From: Botryllus schlosseri
Lineage: Eukaryota
DNA: 64,000 nucleotides
Assembly (NCBI GenBank): GCA_051294905.1
Contig: CM119380.1
Coordinates: 2,108,001 to 2,172,000, forward strand
Reading direction: 5' to 3'
In this document: positions 23,893 through 36,395 of the stretch, piece by piece
Numbering within the stretch: position 1 is the first letter of the stretch
How the letters are laid out: each line of letters opens with the position of its first letter
The notes under the pieces: generated by a model
Seen by the model: the letters and a program-made list of their open reading frames with translations, nothing else
What the model was told of the DNA's origin: nothing
Databases searched by the model: none
Program-made: the position numbers and the translations under genes

Positions 23893-24719
23893 AGTCGCAC
23901 CTATACATACCCAACTTTATTAAGGGAATTACCGTGCTAAACATTGACTCCCCAGCTCGAAACTTAGCACGCAGTTATAAATTGCGTCACCCATTTCATG
24001 ATGGAACACATTAAAAGCTAACGCAGTTCCTATATAGTCTTTTGCTTAAATCTATCTGTTTTAGGATTTGAATTAGAGCTATACAATATTTTCCCAATTA
24101 GATTAGAATAGAATTAGAGCTACACATACAGTTTTTTCCAAATTAGAATTAGAATTACTGAATTCGCAAAAACTTGGAAATTGAATGAAATTGTGAATGA
24201 GAAGTGAAATACAGCGAAATCGAGGTCAGTTCATATCAAATCACAGTGCATTCCAATAAGCATGAAAGAATGGTTAACGTCTGCACATCAAGCTTAGCCC
24301 CACTATACCAGGGGTCACCAACACGCGGGCCACATGCAGACGGCGATGTGATTTTGTAAGAACGCTAAGTTAGGTATTTTGGCCCTTGGCAAAATAGATT
24401 AGATTTAGACTACTGGCATTTTGCTCTAAATTGGACACCTAGAATTATCTTGTTGTCGAAGTCTGATACATACCCAGATTTAATAAGGGAAGTATGTAAC
24501 ATACATAATTAGCGTTGGCGAAACCCAGGCGAAACCCAATGAAGGCGTCTCGTACTGATGCGGGTGCCATTGTATGAACAAAGAGATGTTGCAAAATATC
24601 TCAGAGAATTAAAACAAAAATCCACTTGAATTCTGTAATATGTACATTCAAAGGAGGCAGTTTGTGATATGTACATTCAAAGGAGGCACTTAACGTCGTA
24701 TGTCCGTCGTATCAGTCAG

Positions 24720-26712
24720 CTTCAGTTGTCTGATGGAAAAATGTTGTCTGGAGGCAGATTTGGCAGTGTCGTGACGATTGATCGGAATAACCTTGAACAG
24801 GCTGGTGAAGAAATTTAAAATTAAATGAAGTCAATTTCTTAAGAGATCCCCGACGGAAATATGGATATTCTTTGTCAGTGAACTTCCGTCGGTTCTTTCC
24901 AGATCGAAATAGAAAATACGAAATGCCGAAAAAAATGTAGTAGAGACTTGTGGAAACGTACATACGATCACATGGATTCCAATTCGATCACATGGATTCC
25001 AATATAGCAATGAAAAAATCTACATCGCACGAGAATTATACTACTCGAGACGCTGGACGGGAATTTGAGGGTCTTGCGACGCCTCGCGCCATCGATTCCA
25101 ATATCCGAATGAAAAACTCTGACGGATTGCATGTAGATGCTTGCAGATGAAACATGTAGATGCTTGTAAATCAAGCCTGGAATAGACAATGTACGAGAAT
25201 GATAATACTCCAAACGCTGGACACGTATATTTAAATTTCTTACTACTGTTCACACCTGGCGGCCCGCTACTCCCCTACCCGAAAGCTCTTCGTTTCATAT
25301 GGATTTTGGTAAATGGGAGAGATTTAAAGAAGCGCTCGAGGCAATACCATCACATATCAGGATGGACTGATGTCATTGCAAACCTCTGAGCAAGTAATCC
25401 ATGGTGTTCCTTTGCCTTCGACCGTCATCGCTTCAACACTGTATCTAAAAAAGTAAGGTTCTGCTGCTATGGTTACTGCACGATAAATGCTTGTGATAAC
25501 ACTGTCAGGGTTCCAGCTATGGACGGTATGCTTTATACAATGTATGATATCACGGAGAAATTAAACATCGAGGAAAGAATCGAAGAAAAATTAAGAGGAA
25601 ACAAATGATCGATGAAATTGAATACATCACCCGATGAAATTGAATATATCACTCCCAGAGTCTTGCATTTGAAAAAACTGAAAACTGTCGACACGGTAAA
25701 ATAACTCGGGGGAACTGAGTTCATATTCCATCAAAAGATGTTTTAAAGAAAATAAGACATGAAGCTCTTAAAATCGGACGGAAAGATCAAAACATCTGGA
25801 CGTCGCTGACATTGTTGAAATGCGAGCAACAGGACATGGAAACGAATTGAAGGAAACGAAAAAACGAATTAAAGGAACCTTACAGAAAATAATTACTAGT
25901 CCTCCAGGAATCATTTTGTATTCTGAGGAGTCTGTGCGTATATACCATGACATAATTAAATGGAATATACTGTATCTAGACGCTACAGGTGGCGTACATA
26001 GCCCCCTTCCTGACATCCATGCAATTCTTGAAAAAGATGTATCCAGACATTGCATTGATGGTCTGCAGAATTCCAATGCTTACATTACAACGGAATGTGC
26101 TGTTCACACACCAAAGGAAAAATTCATTCAAATTATCAACGTGCATCAGATAACTGGGTCACCGACCACCGTTTCCAACATATTTTCACTTCCAAATAAT
26201 TGCGAGACAGTCGATGTTTTCGATAGTGTAGTGCTTCAGCCACTTATGACGAATTTGATATTTTTCAAATAACAAAATTGCTTCGACCAACTAAAGACAA
26301 AGTCGAGATCAATATCCCACAAGTTCAGATGCAGAAGGCTGGCTCAGGAAACTATGGAGCATTTGCAATAGCTTTCGCAGAAGCCCTATGCCGGTAAAAA
26401 AATCCCACAACTTGCTGTTTCAGTGAAACTGATATACGCGAATTAATTGCGGCGGGATTCAGGGACAAAACTCTGATCAATTTATCCGCAGAAATGACTA
26501 GAAGAGTCAAAAAGCCCCGCGAAAAACTGTCGGTCAACTTTTACTGCAAGTGCAGACTCTCGAACTGCGGTTCCTATATTCAGTGTTTAAATTGCGAAAT
26601 CTGGTATCATCCGTCATGTACAAAAACAGGATACCAGAAGACGTTTAAGCAGACAATTGAAAATGCGGGGACTGCACAGACCAAGGACGTTGATGACATT
26701 TTGTTTCTATAA
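24720..26712 (+). pseudogene. MULE/Mutator-like transposase remnant followed by a ULP1/C48-like protease and PHD finger
   Basis: GWTDVIA..NPWC.F..H..F.C.GYC..C (25355-25500); PPGIILYSEE..ILYLDATGG (to about 25993); after an apparent deletion FIQIINV..VSN..VDVFDS, VQMQ..SGNYGAFAIAFAEALC, then YCKCR..IQCLNCEIWYHPSC. Confidence 0.65.
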
Positions 26713-26844
26713 GTGTAATTCTTGTGATTCACAATCGAAAGGTTTTCTTTTTTTTCTTTGTTAATAAGTTAATTTAACCTCGATTACGCAGAGATCTCAA
26801 ACACGCGGGCCGCATGCGACGCAATAAGGCAGTTACGAAGAGAA

Positions 26845-26945
26845 CGAACTGCAGACATATTTCCTTCATAACATCGGCTGACAACAATCTAAAGTTCGTT
26901 CTCGGCCTGACTTGACTGCCTTATCGCGCCATGTAACGGGTTAAG
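26845..26945 (+). repeat. Solo fragment of the Kolobok A terminal region
   Basis: gacatatttccttcataacatcggctgacaa..ctaaagttcgt..gccatgtaacgggttaag matches 49058-49190 with internal deletions. Confidence 0.75.
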
Positions 26946-28467
26946 CATTTTATCCATCTTTCTTTCGGGGATTCATTAGTTGGAAAGCTGCATTGTATAC
27001 GGAACATTGTATCAGTTCACAAGCAATTGTATGAAGCAAAGCACACCAAATCGACCATTCTTTGTTATGAACGGAAGTAGCAGGAACATTAAGTGGAACA
27101 TTAGTGAAATTATCTTGTTTGATTCAATTATATCTGTTACTTTGTTCTTGATTCAATTATATCTGTTACTTTGTACTATAGAAGGATAGGCCATTAGGGA
27201 ACCTTTTAAAGCCAAAGGTAAACCTAGAAAAACATTTCTTTAAACCAATCGAACGTCTCGCACACACAGCTATAATGAACTCGACTACGGAATTTGCAAT
27301 TTGAACAATATTGTGCGGCATCTGGTATCAGAAATATACATTCATTTCTCAACTATGCTGGACAAAACCCATAGGCCGTTAATTATACCTTTCCATCTAG
27401 TCCTACCTCCTACCTGCACGACAATAAGCAAGGATTGAGTACCAAGCGAATGATTGGCTGAACTGCCCATACAGAATACAAAGAGTGAGCTATTTAGCTG
27501 GACGATGTGTACATGCTATTACAGATACTGATAAACTGATATGATGGCGCTTCGGCTGCTGGCGTAGTCTGCTGTGATCATACCGTCATTCATATACCTA
27601 TGACAATATGTTCTGGTATAATGACAATTTAACATGACCTATTCATTACTACTGTGGCTCATCTGGACATTGACTGTGATGGACAAGTGATAGTTTAAAT
27701 AGAAACTGATTCAAGGATAGTCTTGCTGCTCTGCTTACTCTGCCATTCACTCACTCGTGAAGTGTTTTCTGATACCGACGCTTTACCAAGGACTCTTTAT
27801 CGCTTCTACCATCGCTATTACTTCTTATATATCGCTTCTACCATCGCTATTACTTCTTATATATGACTCCATGGATATATTTTTCTGCACCGATAGGTAC
27901 AACAAACACTATACCACCAGAACGAGATGTCTTGGACATGTCGAGCTGCACAGATAACACAGATATAAACACGAGATATCGGGCTGAAACAAATCTTGAA
28001 TGTTACGATAATTATTCATTCAAAGCTCCATTCGTATAAAATATTAACATTATGAATCAAATATATTTAAACACTGGACGCTTTTCCATAAGCGACTGTG
28101 CTAAATCGTCCAGCTTTCTACCCACAATGCATCTGCCCATGGTGATCACGCAAATTTACTTGGCCGGAGATAGCAGTAGTTCGCGGCTTGGTTTCCGCAG
28201 CATAATAACCATGGCGAAATCATGGACAGGACAGAAGCAGCTTCAGTTTAGGTAACTTGATGTGTTCCGGTACCAGCAATCTAATATCACCGATGGCGAT
28301 TGGCATCACTGCTACTCAAGACTGCTTCACACTGACTTTGATTTAGAGATTGTAGGATGGAGTGACGAACACTGACTTTGATTTAGAGATTGTAGGATGG
28401 AGTGACGAAAGGCCCAATTGATATTCATCCTCGACGTATTTTGTTGGCGTGATTTTACAGTATATAT

Positions 28468-29455
28468 TAGGGTTGTCCAAAATTTGAAAAAATTCGAAAA
28501 TGCTGCGTTGTAATGTCTTATTCTATAGATTATTGATTAAAAACATCAACAAGCCTGAAAGAAGCTCTCAGGAACGTCGTTAAGATTTCTTACAAAGCGT
28601 TTGAAAGTAGCTGCCAAAGAGTGGGCGGGCCACCGACGGCGAAATTGCAACTAGGCGGGCAATGACGAAACCACGATTCTTGATTGGGTAATCGGTTATG
28701 CTTCAATGATGACGGCGGCTGTCAGCTCTGATTTGGGTGCTTCACCGTGTTTGACAGAAGGAGTAGGTTTTGCTGCTGCTGAGTCTGTTGGTGACGGCTG
28801 TAATACTGTAAAAGCGTGTTGTGGTTTGATGAGTCAATAGTAGTAATGTAACAGTGGTTCTTCGAATGTATCAGTTGTAGCAGTAGTTTCTGTTTTGCGG
28901 AGGTCGAGTCTGTTAGTAGAGACGGGAATTTGTAAAGCGCATTGTGGGTTGATGCATCAATAGTTGTAATGCAACACTTGTTCTTTGCTCAATGTTTTAG
29001 TTGCAGCAGCATTTTCTGTTCTGATGAGGTCGATTTTGTTAGTAGTGGTTGTGGTTATGTACAAGGGCATTGTGGGTTGGTGAGTTAATAGTCGTAATGT
29101 AACACTTGTTACTTAAATGTTTTAGGCGTAGCTGTAATTTATGATAGAAGGCAAAAATATTACTGTCATGGCAGAGGCAAAACGGCGGAAGACTGTGCAC
29201 TTGCCACAGAGAAGAACAAGATCTCGATCTGAGCATTACTTGGTCGGATATGCTTGCGATTACATCTGTGGCTCGAGATTACCAACCTTGCGAGAAGTAA
29301 TGAGTTACTTTCTGCATCTGAAAGACCATTGCCCTCAGTCAACCCCTACTCGTGAGCTATGTAATGTGGTGGTTCATGATGTCATGACAGTGTGGCAAAT
29401 GGCGAGAATTGCCACAATACTTAAAGGAAATGCGGTGAAATTACTTGAAAAACAT
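28468..29455 (+). mobile_element. 5' end of a second hATm element (terminus plus N-terminal coding region)
   Basis: Terminus tagggttgtccaaaa, similar to that at 21428; ORF 29141 begins HYLVG..ICGSRLPTLREVM.YF..V..VWQMARIAT..KLLEK, the hATm N-terminal pattern. Confidence 0.6.
28800..29135. repeat. Diverged tandem repeat, about 125-bp unit, about 2.6 copies
   Basis: The anchor ttgtgg..gat(g)a.tcaatag..gtaatg.aaca recurs at 28819, 28942 and 29070. Confidence 0.75.
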
Positions 29456-30376
29456 TTGATCAAATTTTATACAGGCTTCCCTACATATGAGCACTTTACA
29501 CTATTTTTCGAGCTTGTAAAACCTACAGCGGACACTATGACATATGTGTATGCTTCTGGAGTAGGCAAATCTAGACCAGGCGTGCGCAAGCTGCAGTTGA
29601 TAGATGAGCTATTTTTATTTTGTGTTCGGATAAGGCTTGGACTTTTTGAACTTGACCTGTCCCAGCGGTTTAACATCCACACGTCTACTGTTAGTAGAAA
29701 AATCGTAACTTGGGCCAACTTTCTATATTACTTGTTAGGCAATCAGCCAATTTGGCCAACAAGAGATCGCATTAATGAACTTATGCCACATAGTTTCCAA
29801 GAGCTCTATCCATCAACTAGAGTCATTATTGATTGCACTGAGCTATACGTTCAGGTCCCTTCATCAATGTTACTGCAATCACAGATGTAGTCATCCTATA
29901 AGTCGAACACAACCCTGAAGGGTTTGATTGAGATTGCTCCCCACGGAGCTATAACATTCGTATCGAGCCTTTATACTGGTTCCATATCAGACAGGGAAAT
30001 TACACGATGCAGTGGAATTTTAGAGCTTCTTGAGCCTCATGACAGTGTCATAGCAGATAAGGGGTTTGACATTCAATCTATGCTTAACAAAAGGAATGTT
30101 TCACTGAATTTACCTCCTTATCTCCGCCATCAGAACCAGTTTTCACCAGATGACATCTTGAAAACAAAGGCCATTGCTAAAATTAGAATTCACGTTGAGC
30201 GAGCAATAATAAGGATCAAGGAATTTCACATTTTTGATTCAGATATACCATTAAACACCCTTGGTTCAGTTAATCAACTTTATACAGTGGCTTGTTTGCT
30301 TACCAATTTTCAAGGCCCATTAATTAAAGAGATAGATGATGCTGTCACTGCCGACAATATTCATCAGGATGACTAG
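29456..30376 (+). pseudogene. ISL2EU-type (HTH_Tnp_4 plus DDE_Tnp_4) transposase with one nonsense codon and no native N-terminus
   Basis: FYTGF, LGLFELDLSQRF, IWP, RVIIDCTEL, QSQM*SSYKSNTTLKGLI (TAG at 29888-29890), ISDREI, IADKGF, RIHVERAI.RIKEF. Confidence 0.88.
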
Positions 30377-30511
30377 CTTTGTTCACAATTACTTTCATTT
30401 TCGTTGAGCTTAATATTGTACTTATATTCGTTGAATTTTTGAATAAACATGGAAAGAAATGGAATTTATTAAGTTTTGTTCTGTATTCATTGGGTAGGCC
30501 TATTATGCAGC

Positions 30512-32377
30512 TCACAAGAAATAGTCGAAGAAAAATTTGTCAACATTATCCTTGGCAATTTGAAAAAATGCAGGATCAAACATAATCCTCTCAATGAAAA
30601 AAGTTTCGTCACTCACATAGCTAAAAAATTCGCACCAGTCAAGACCACTCAATGCTAATTGGCACTGAACTTGATAATAATAGTCATGGGTCCTTTTGAG
30701 TCTGATCGGATTGGAATCTACATCTTTTAAAATGTAAGCTACATTCCTGAAGTCGGTAGCGCCTTCTTTAACAACTTTGATCTCCAAGAGACCAAATGGA
30801 CTCAGTCCTTGTAGCTCAACGGTGCCATCAAAAACCTTGCGGTCAGGTGTGCAGCCCAACCAGGGACATTTTGGATTGATAATTAAGCCGGATGGGTAAA
30901 GATTCACTTTGTCTTTTTTTGCTTTAGAAGCATATATAAATGCAGCCCGTGATTCTAAATTCAGCCCCCTCTGCATTGGTCCTGTAATAACTCTGCGTGA
31001 TGGATTAAGGTACGTGATAAGAGTCTCAAAGTTACTTTGACGCTTTGCAACTAGTCCAAATTTACTGGCAGTAATTCTCGACTTGCGAAGCTGAGTCCAA
31101 TAACTGCTATGACTTTGTGCTCTTGTCTTTGTCTCCACATCTATGGCCACTTCTCTAGATAGACTCATTGCATATAAGTCGGCGAGCTTATCCTGCTGAA
31201 GACATAATGATATTGCATTGTTGAAGCGGATACCGGCATCGGGAAGGGGCAAATTTGGGAAGACAGTGCATGAGTAGTCATTAATCAGATATTCGGCTGA
31301 CATTTTTTGTTGGTACGAAATCACGCTGCCCTTCACCGCATGACCAAATTTAGTAGGCTTCATTTCCATTGAATCATTTAATCCAGGTGCTAGTGTTGCA
31401 GCAAGAGGCTTGGGACTTAAATCGCCATATTGATTTTGACTGAAAATTGGATAATAGGTGGCTGGCGAATACAGAGTTGATTTAATATACCGATCGTAGT
31501 TGGCTCCAGGTTGAATTTTCTTAACTAGTACGTCCCCAATTTCTTGATTGCCTATCTTCCGCTCCCTTGGAATACTCCATCGCTCCTTCATTCCAGTACA
31601 TGTGGCGGAGTCTGGTACGCTATGCAGCCCAAGTTGTTTGCAATGTGCCAGGTAATAGAGCAATCCAACTACGTGATTGCAGTAGCCTCCTAGGCCTGCA
31701 GCGCACGAGCAGTTGCCAGAAATAGATTTTGTCGGGCCAGTTCGTTGCACCATCACTTGCAGCTGATGAGGATGCTCGTTTTTCTTCATCGAGTGGTGAC
31801 ACTTAGCAGTGACAATGGCGGAGTCAACATCATGTGATACTGCAATATTGATGATAATCAAAAACCAGCAATATATAGGAATTAAAAACATCTAAATATT
31901 ATAAATTGGCCAAATGAAAAAGAGCAAAGGTAGTCATAATTTTATGAATATCTCTGAACTTAATACACCTTTAACATTGTGTATATATCCAGGCTCCGCA
32001 AAGAACTTGTAACCCTTGGCGGTATGTTCGCACCCAGATGCTGTCTTCGCGTAACTTTCAACTTCTCCAAACGTCAGATCGGGAAATGCTGACAAATCTG
32101 GAATATGAAAGCTACATCTATTTGGTGCATATGGCACTATATTGGTTGCAGTAGTCGATGTTTACAACCACATGAAATATGGCTACCGTACCTGGTTATA
32201 AACACATAAAGCAATATCATGGTTCACTGACATCTAATCCAGGAAGTATTGCAATGACCACTGAGCTTGGGCTAAGCACTGAGCTTGTTAGGTGCATGAA
32301 ATTATTATTTTTGAAAAATATAACTGAATAAGAAACTGGTACTTACCTCTACCGGTTGAAGCTGATGCAACCGCCAT
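30512..32377 (-). CDS. SWIM zinc finger plus YqaJ/lambda-exonuclease protein of the ISL2EU element, spliced and apparently intact (about 508 aa)
   Basis: CSCAAGLGGYCNHV (SWIM); ITASKFG, GLNLE, LGCTPD, GLLEIK, YYYQVQCQL (YqaJ). Intron 31840-31968 joins in frame. A probable first exon 32377-32347 (ATGGCG...AG|gtaagt) splices in frame to 32136; that first exon is tentative. Confidence 0.85.
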
Positions 32378-32884
32378 AGCTCACGATCGATGTCATTCGA
32401 AATATTGCAAAAATTAACAACTACTACTACAACAACAACAACTACTATCTACAACTATCTTACTGCTGCAAAAATATCACTCAGTCTCCTTCAATGCCGA
32501 ATTTTGTGTCATCAAATCAATGTTGGGTATGTACCAAACAACGATTAAAATATCAATTATTTTAACGGAATTATTCTAAATCCTTTGCGTAGCATTGACA
32601 TTCGACACATCTGAATCCCTGCGCACTTCCAAGACTAATTTCCGAAACGTTTACAACTAGAAATCAACAATATACTACACGATATTTAGCATTGAGTCAG
32701 GTGCACGAAAAAGTGGCTTGCTACCCAATTTGTTGTTGCTATGCGTATCTAGTCACGTGATCGAAGTCCTGCAAAAGGCCTATTCACTGGTAGCCCTGGC
32801 CCGTCGGTATACATGTTTTGTAGGACCGAATTCTGCAGTACGCTTCTTGTTTTGTAATGCCACCCCTGGTCTGCTCATATACTA

Positions 32885-33268
32885 TAGGCTTACCATACGT
32901 CCTCTTTTGAGAGGATTTGTCCTCTTTTTTGAAAGTGTCCTCGGAGGACGCCCTTTTGTCCTCTTTTTTGAGATTTTGTCCTCTCTTTTGAAAATTTAGG
33001 TCAGATTTAGAGCAAATTGCGAGTGATATGCCGCAAATTAGCACAGAAGTGAAGCTCCGGGGGGTATTTCGGAGTGAAAAACGGTGATTTGAGCTCTGAG
33101 CGAAAAGGTGACCATTTATTTTTTTTTTTTTTTTTTTAGTCATCCACCTGGAAATGTGGAGAGAAAAACGGTATTTTGAGAATTCTACAGAATTCTACTC
33201 CGGTTTTGCAAGTTTTAAATTTCTGAAAAAGTGTCCTCTTTTTAGATTTCCAAAATATGGTAAACCTA
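32885..33268. mobile_element. hAT-type MITE (TAGGCTTACCATA termini), copy 2, inverted relative to copy 1
   Basis: Termini taggcttaccata / tatggtaaaccta; interior is the reverse complement of 19039-19492; imperfect catatac flanks. Confidence 0.85.
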
Positions 33269-33643
33269 CCATATACCTGCTTTTGATTGCGTTTGCGTAA
33301 TATTGATAGTACATTGACTCTTGCTGGTGCGAGACAACATTGTTGTGTTTAAGAACTACGATTGGTTGTGTGTCGCACGTCCAACAGCTTTCAAAAATGC
33401 TTCATGAAGACTAAGTTTCGGTGTCACTGTACTGAATGTCCTATCAAGTTAATTTGAATTATTCCACGCCCGCAAAAGTAAAGTATATGCATATTGCATA
33501 TTGCATATTGTATATCCACACAAGTGCATGCCATCTCACAGTTTGAAAAGCAATGCTGCAAAGCCAATTTTGGTTCCGTCAGTATTCCTTGCTCCCATAA
33601 GTACACATCTCTTTACCCAGGTAAATATTGCATTGCCGAGAAA

Positions 33644-35830
33644 ATGAGTGATCCATTGGATGTGCTGTCGGAAATCGCCCTCAATTCGACGCCAGGTACT
33701 CATGACGGAAACGACAGTTCTGGTGAGTTATACTAAATTTTGAACTGAGCTGTTGGTTTTAACAGAACTTACGATCTCGTCAATTATGCAATCAAGTAAT
33801 TAATTGTGATCCATTATTTGCCATATGTGCTCATTAGTCATGTTCAATTGTACAGCAATCAACATCAGGACTTGCCATGAGTTTTTGTGCCGTTTTTGAT
33901 CTATGCCAGGGGGATCAACCTGTAGCCTTAGAAGCCGATATGAATAAATAGGTGAGCTCGGAGTATAGAATAAATAGACATAATCGACAATTTAATGCGG
34001 ATATTTGGCTTCAAGTTGGTGCATTACGACTGTGCGCTGGAATGCGGCCGCATGCTGTTTTAATATTAGGAAATCAGGCCGTGAATAGCAAAAGGTTGGT
34101 CAACCCTGATCTACACCAATGCCTCCATAGCAGACAACACACTTATGCTCTGTAAGTTAGTTGTATTTTGTATTACAGAATCTGACGATTTGGACTGGAT
34201 GGTTAGTCTACCTGCCATTTTCATCAAAAATAAACTTCTTTCTGTCTGATCAGGTACGAATATTTATCGATGTTATCAAGCAGTTGTTTGATTTGAAGTA
34301 TACATAATTCGGGACTGTCAGAACGATTCGACAGTCCTAGTCGAACTTTGCATTTTATTGTAGTTTAAACACATTTTTTCAACGGTATACATCCCATTGC
34401 TATTAAATCGTTTTTATTCTGGCAGCCTTTCATAACTAATCATTTGGCTGGGAATTCGACAGCAGAGCAGTCATATTTTTTATAGCTGCAACCGATGAAA
34501 TAAGATCAGATAAGGGCATTTGAATATTTACTCCTCAAACGCCCTGCTGTTGACAAGCCCGTGCACCCTTTTCATCGCAGTCGCAGTGAAGCAGTGGTGT
34601 ACAAATGGCGTTTCGCAAAGCAATTTCTGGGTGTCCACACACTCAATTGGCAACATGAATGACAACCCAATTTTTAGGCCCAGATTCAGATCATCACGCC
34701 GTCTATTTAGGCGATTACAAGTATATAAGTGGTGATCTGCAAGCCATGTTAGTGTTATATACTTCAAGTGGACATCTTGAGTAGTACAGCTTTTTCAAAA
34801 AGTATAACTAAACGCATAATTTTAGCTGTATTTCGAAGGTGGCCACTTTTCAACTCGATAGATGCATATTCGCAACTTACTCAATATGAGTAATAACATG
34901 ACAGTTGCAGTAAAACAGAGTTACAAATTTAAAAACTTTTGAGGGTGTCCAGCCCGCAGGACTGGACATTCAAAAAGAGGTCGGCATGGTGACGATAAAA
35001 AGTTGGTGTCAGCGTGAGCTGCTGACTAACACCTGGTTGTCAAGTCCATCTAATGTTCATATGCCCGAGCCAGAGGCGTTAAACTCAGTTAACAAGGCTA
35101 TACTGAAGTAGAAGTAGGAAGACATAATTTTACTCGGTACGAGTTATGTTGTAAACCAGCTACAAGTAGAAATAGTTTGACAGTCTTTTGATACTACTCA
35201 AGTGAGCATGTATTTTTGAATAGTTATAATACGCTGCCAATATGTATGTTTGACCTGTTTCACAATACCAAACCTTTCTTCAGATGCCCAGATCAGCCTA
35301 CCTTACAATTTGTTCTGCTGTGGAAAAGAAGGAGTGGGCCATCTACTTTGATGGGGAGACAGTCCGAGATATCAACAGCTTCCATGAGGGATTTGCAGTG
35401 ATACTTTCAGTCTACTGGATATTCGACATACAGTTTTCGACAAACATCAGAAATTCCCTCACTTTCATGTCAGTTCTAGCACACTGTTGAAAGAGATGAG
35501 TTCTGCTGTTCGCACCAAACTTGGTAAAATCTGGGACTAATTTGAAAATAAAGTTTTGGAATAAAGGCGATGTTGTGATTTATGTCAACGTGGATTATGA
35601 AGATTTAATTTAGATGTTGTGCGCATCGAAGTCGTTTGACGAAGATATCCGGATATGATGAGGTGGTATCTGGATAGGCTGATGAGGTGGTTTACCGATA
35701 GCATAGGGGAGGAAAATTTTCCACCTAAAATAGGTGGGGGAGCCCACCACCCTTTACGGGTGGAGAAAATACCACCTCCTTTGGGTGATTTTTGAAACAC
35801 CTCTGTAAGGTGGCCACAGTTTTTACAGTG
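33644..35830 (+). pseudogene. EnSpm/CACTA-like remnant: spliced accessory gene fragments and right terminus
   Basis: First-exon-like ATG..|gtgagt (33644-33722); exon W.IYFDGE..FHEGFAVILSVYWIFDIQF..SLTFM and a terminal ..VRTKLGKIWD* with AATAAA; GGTGG-rich subterminal region ending tttttacagtg at 35830. Left end not found. Confidence 0.4.
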
Positions 35831-36395
35831 TACCTACAAAGAGCATTCGCATGACACCTTGTGGTGTTTTAATCGTTCCATGCTCAGCAATTCTGTAAAG
35901 TGCTGCAGCGCCTCCGACCCGATTTGTATATGGATTCTCGTCCCGAAAGCGAGTCAAATCGATTTGCCCTCGTCCGAAAGTGTTTGGTACACGATCCTGA
36001 TGCGTTACGACCAGGGGATAGGCAATCAAAGCGGTGGCACCCATAAACGTAAAACATTATAAAAAGCCAGCTGTCATCCATGGAAGATTAATTACGAGTC
36101 TGCCTGCCATCATTCAAGCAGGAATCAAAGCATTGTGTTAAATTGAAATGCGAGCACATATCGCATTAAACAATTTCATGAATAAATTATTTCATCTTGA
36201 TGAATTTTTCACGTTTTTTTGCATAGCCATAACAAAATATATCGGTAAATTAACTGTCAGTGTGCCTCGAGTAATAAGGATGAAAACCACTCACTTTTCC
36301 TTAGCCATAGACATGGTTGAGTTACCTGGGCTCACTTGATTGAAATTATTCGGAAAGAACATGATGTGTACAGTCGTCCGCCCACCACCATTAAT

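Noticed and set aside
24308-26830. hAT-like ends at about 24309 and 26790 as TIRs of the MULE-like region
   Set aside because: Both copies (cag..caaacacgcgggcc) are in the same orientation and no TSD is shared.
28800-29135. Thr-rich protein repeat on the minus strand
   Set aside because: Unit lengths of 123 and 128 bp do not preserve frame, and stops recur in each unit.
29141-30376. Bacterial IS5/IS4-family insertion sequence or contamination (also 7110-8042 and 51218-52075)
   Set aside because: These DDE_Tnp_4 genes or their partner genes have spliceosomal introns and eukaryotic partners (MADF, SWIM-YqaJ).
35823-36081. Short ORFs here, at 14320-14696, 56644-57012 and 63230-63480 as host exons
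   Set aside because: No recognisable motifs or consistent splice structure; left unannotated.
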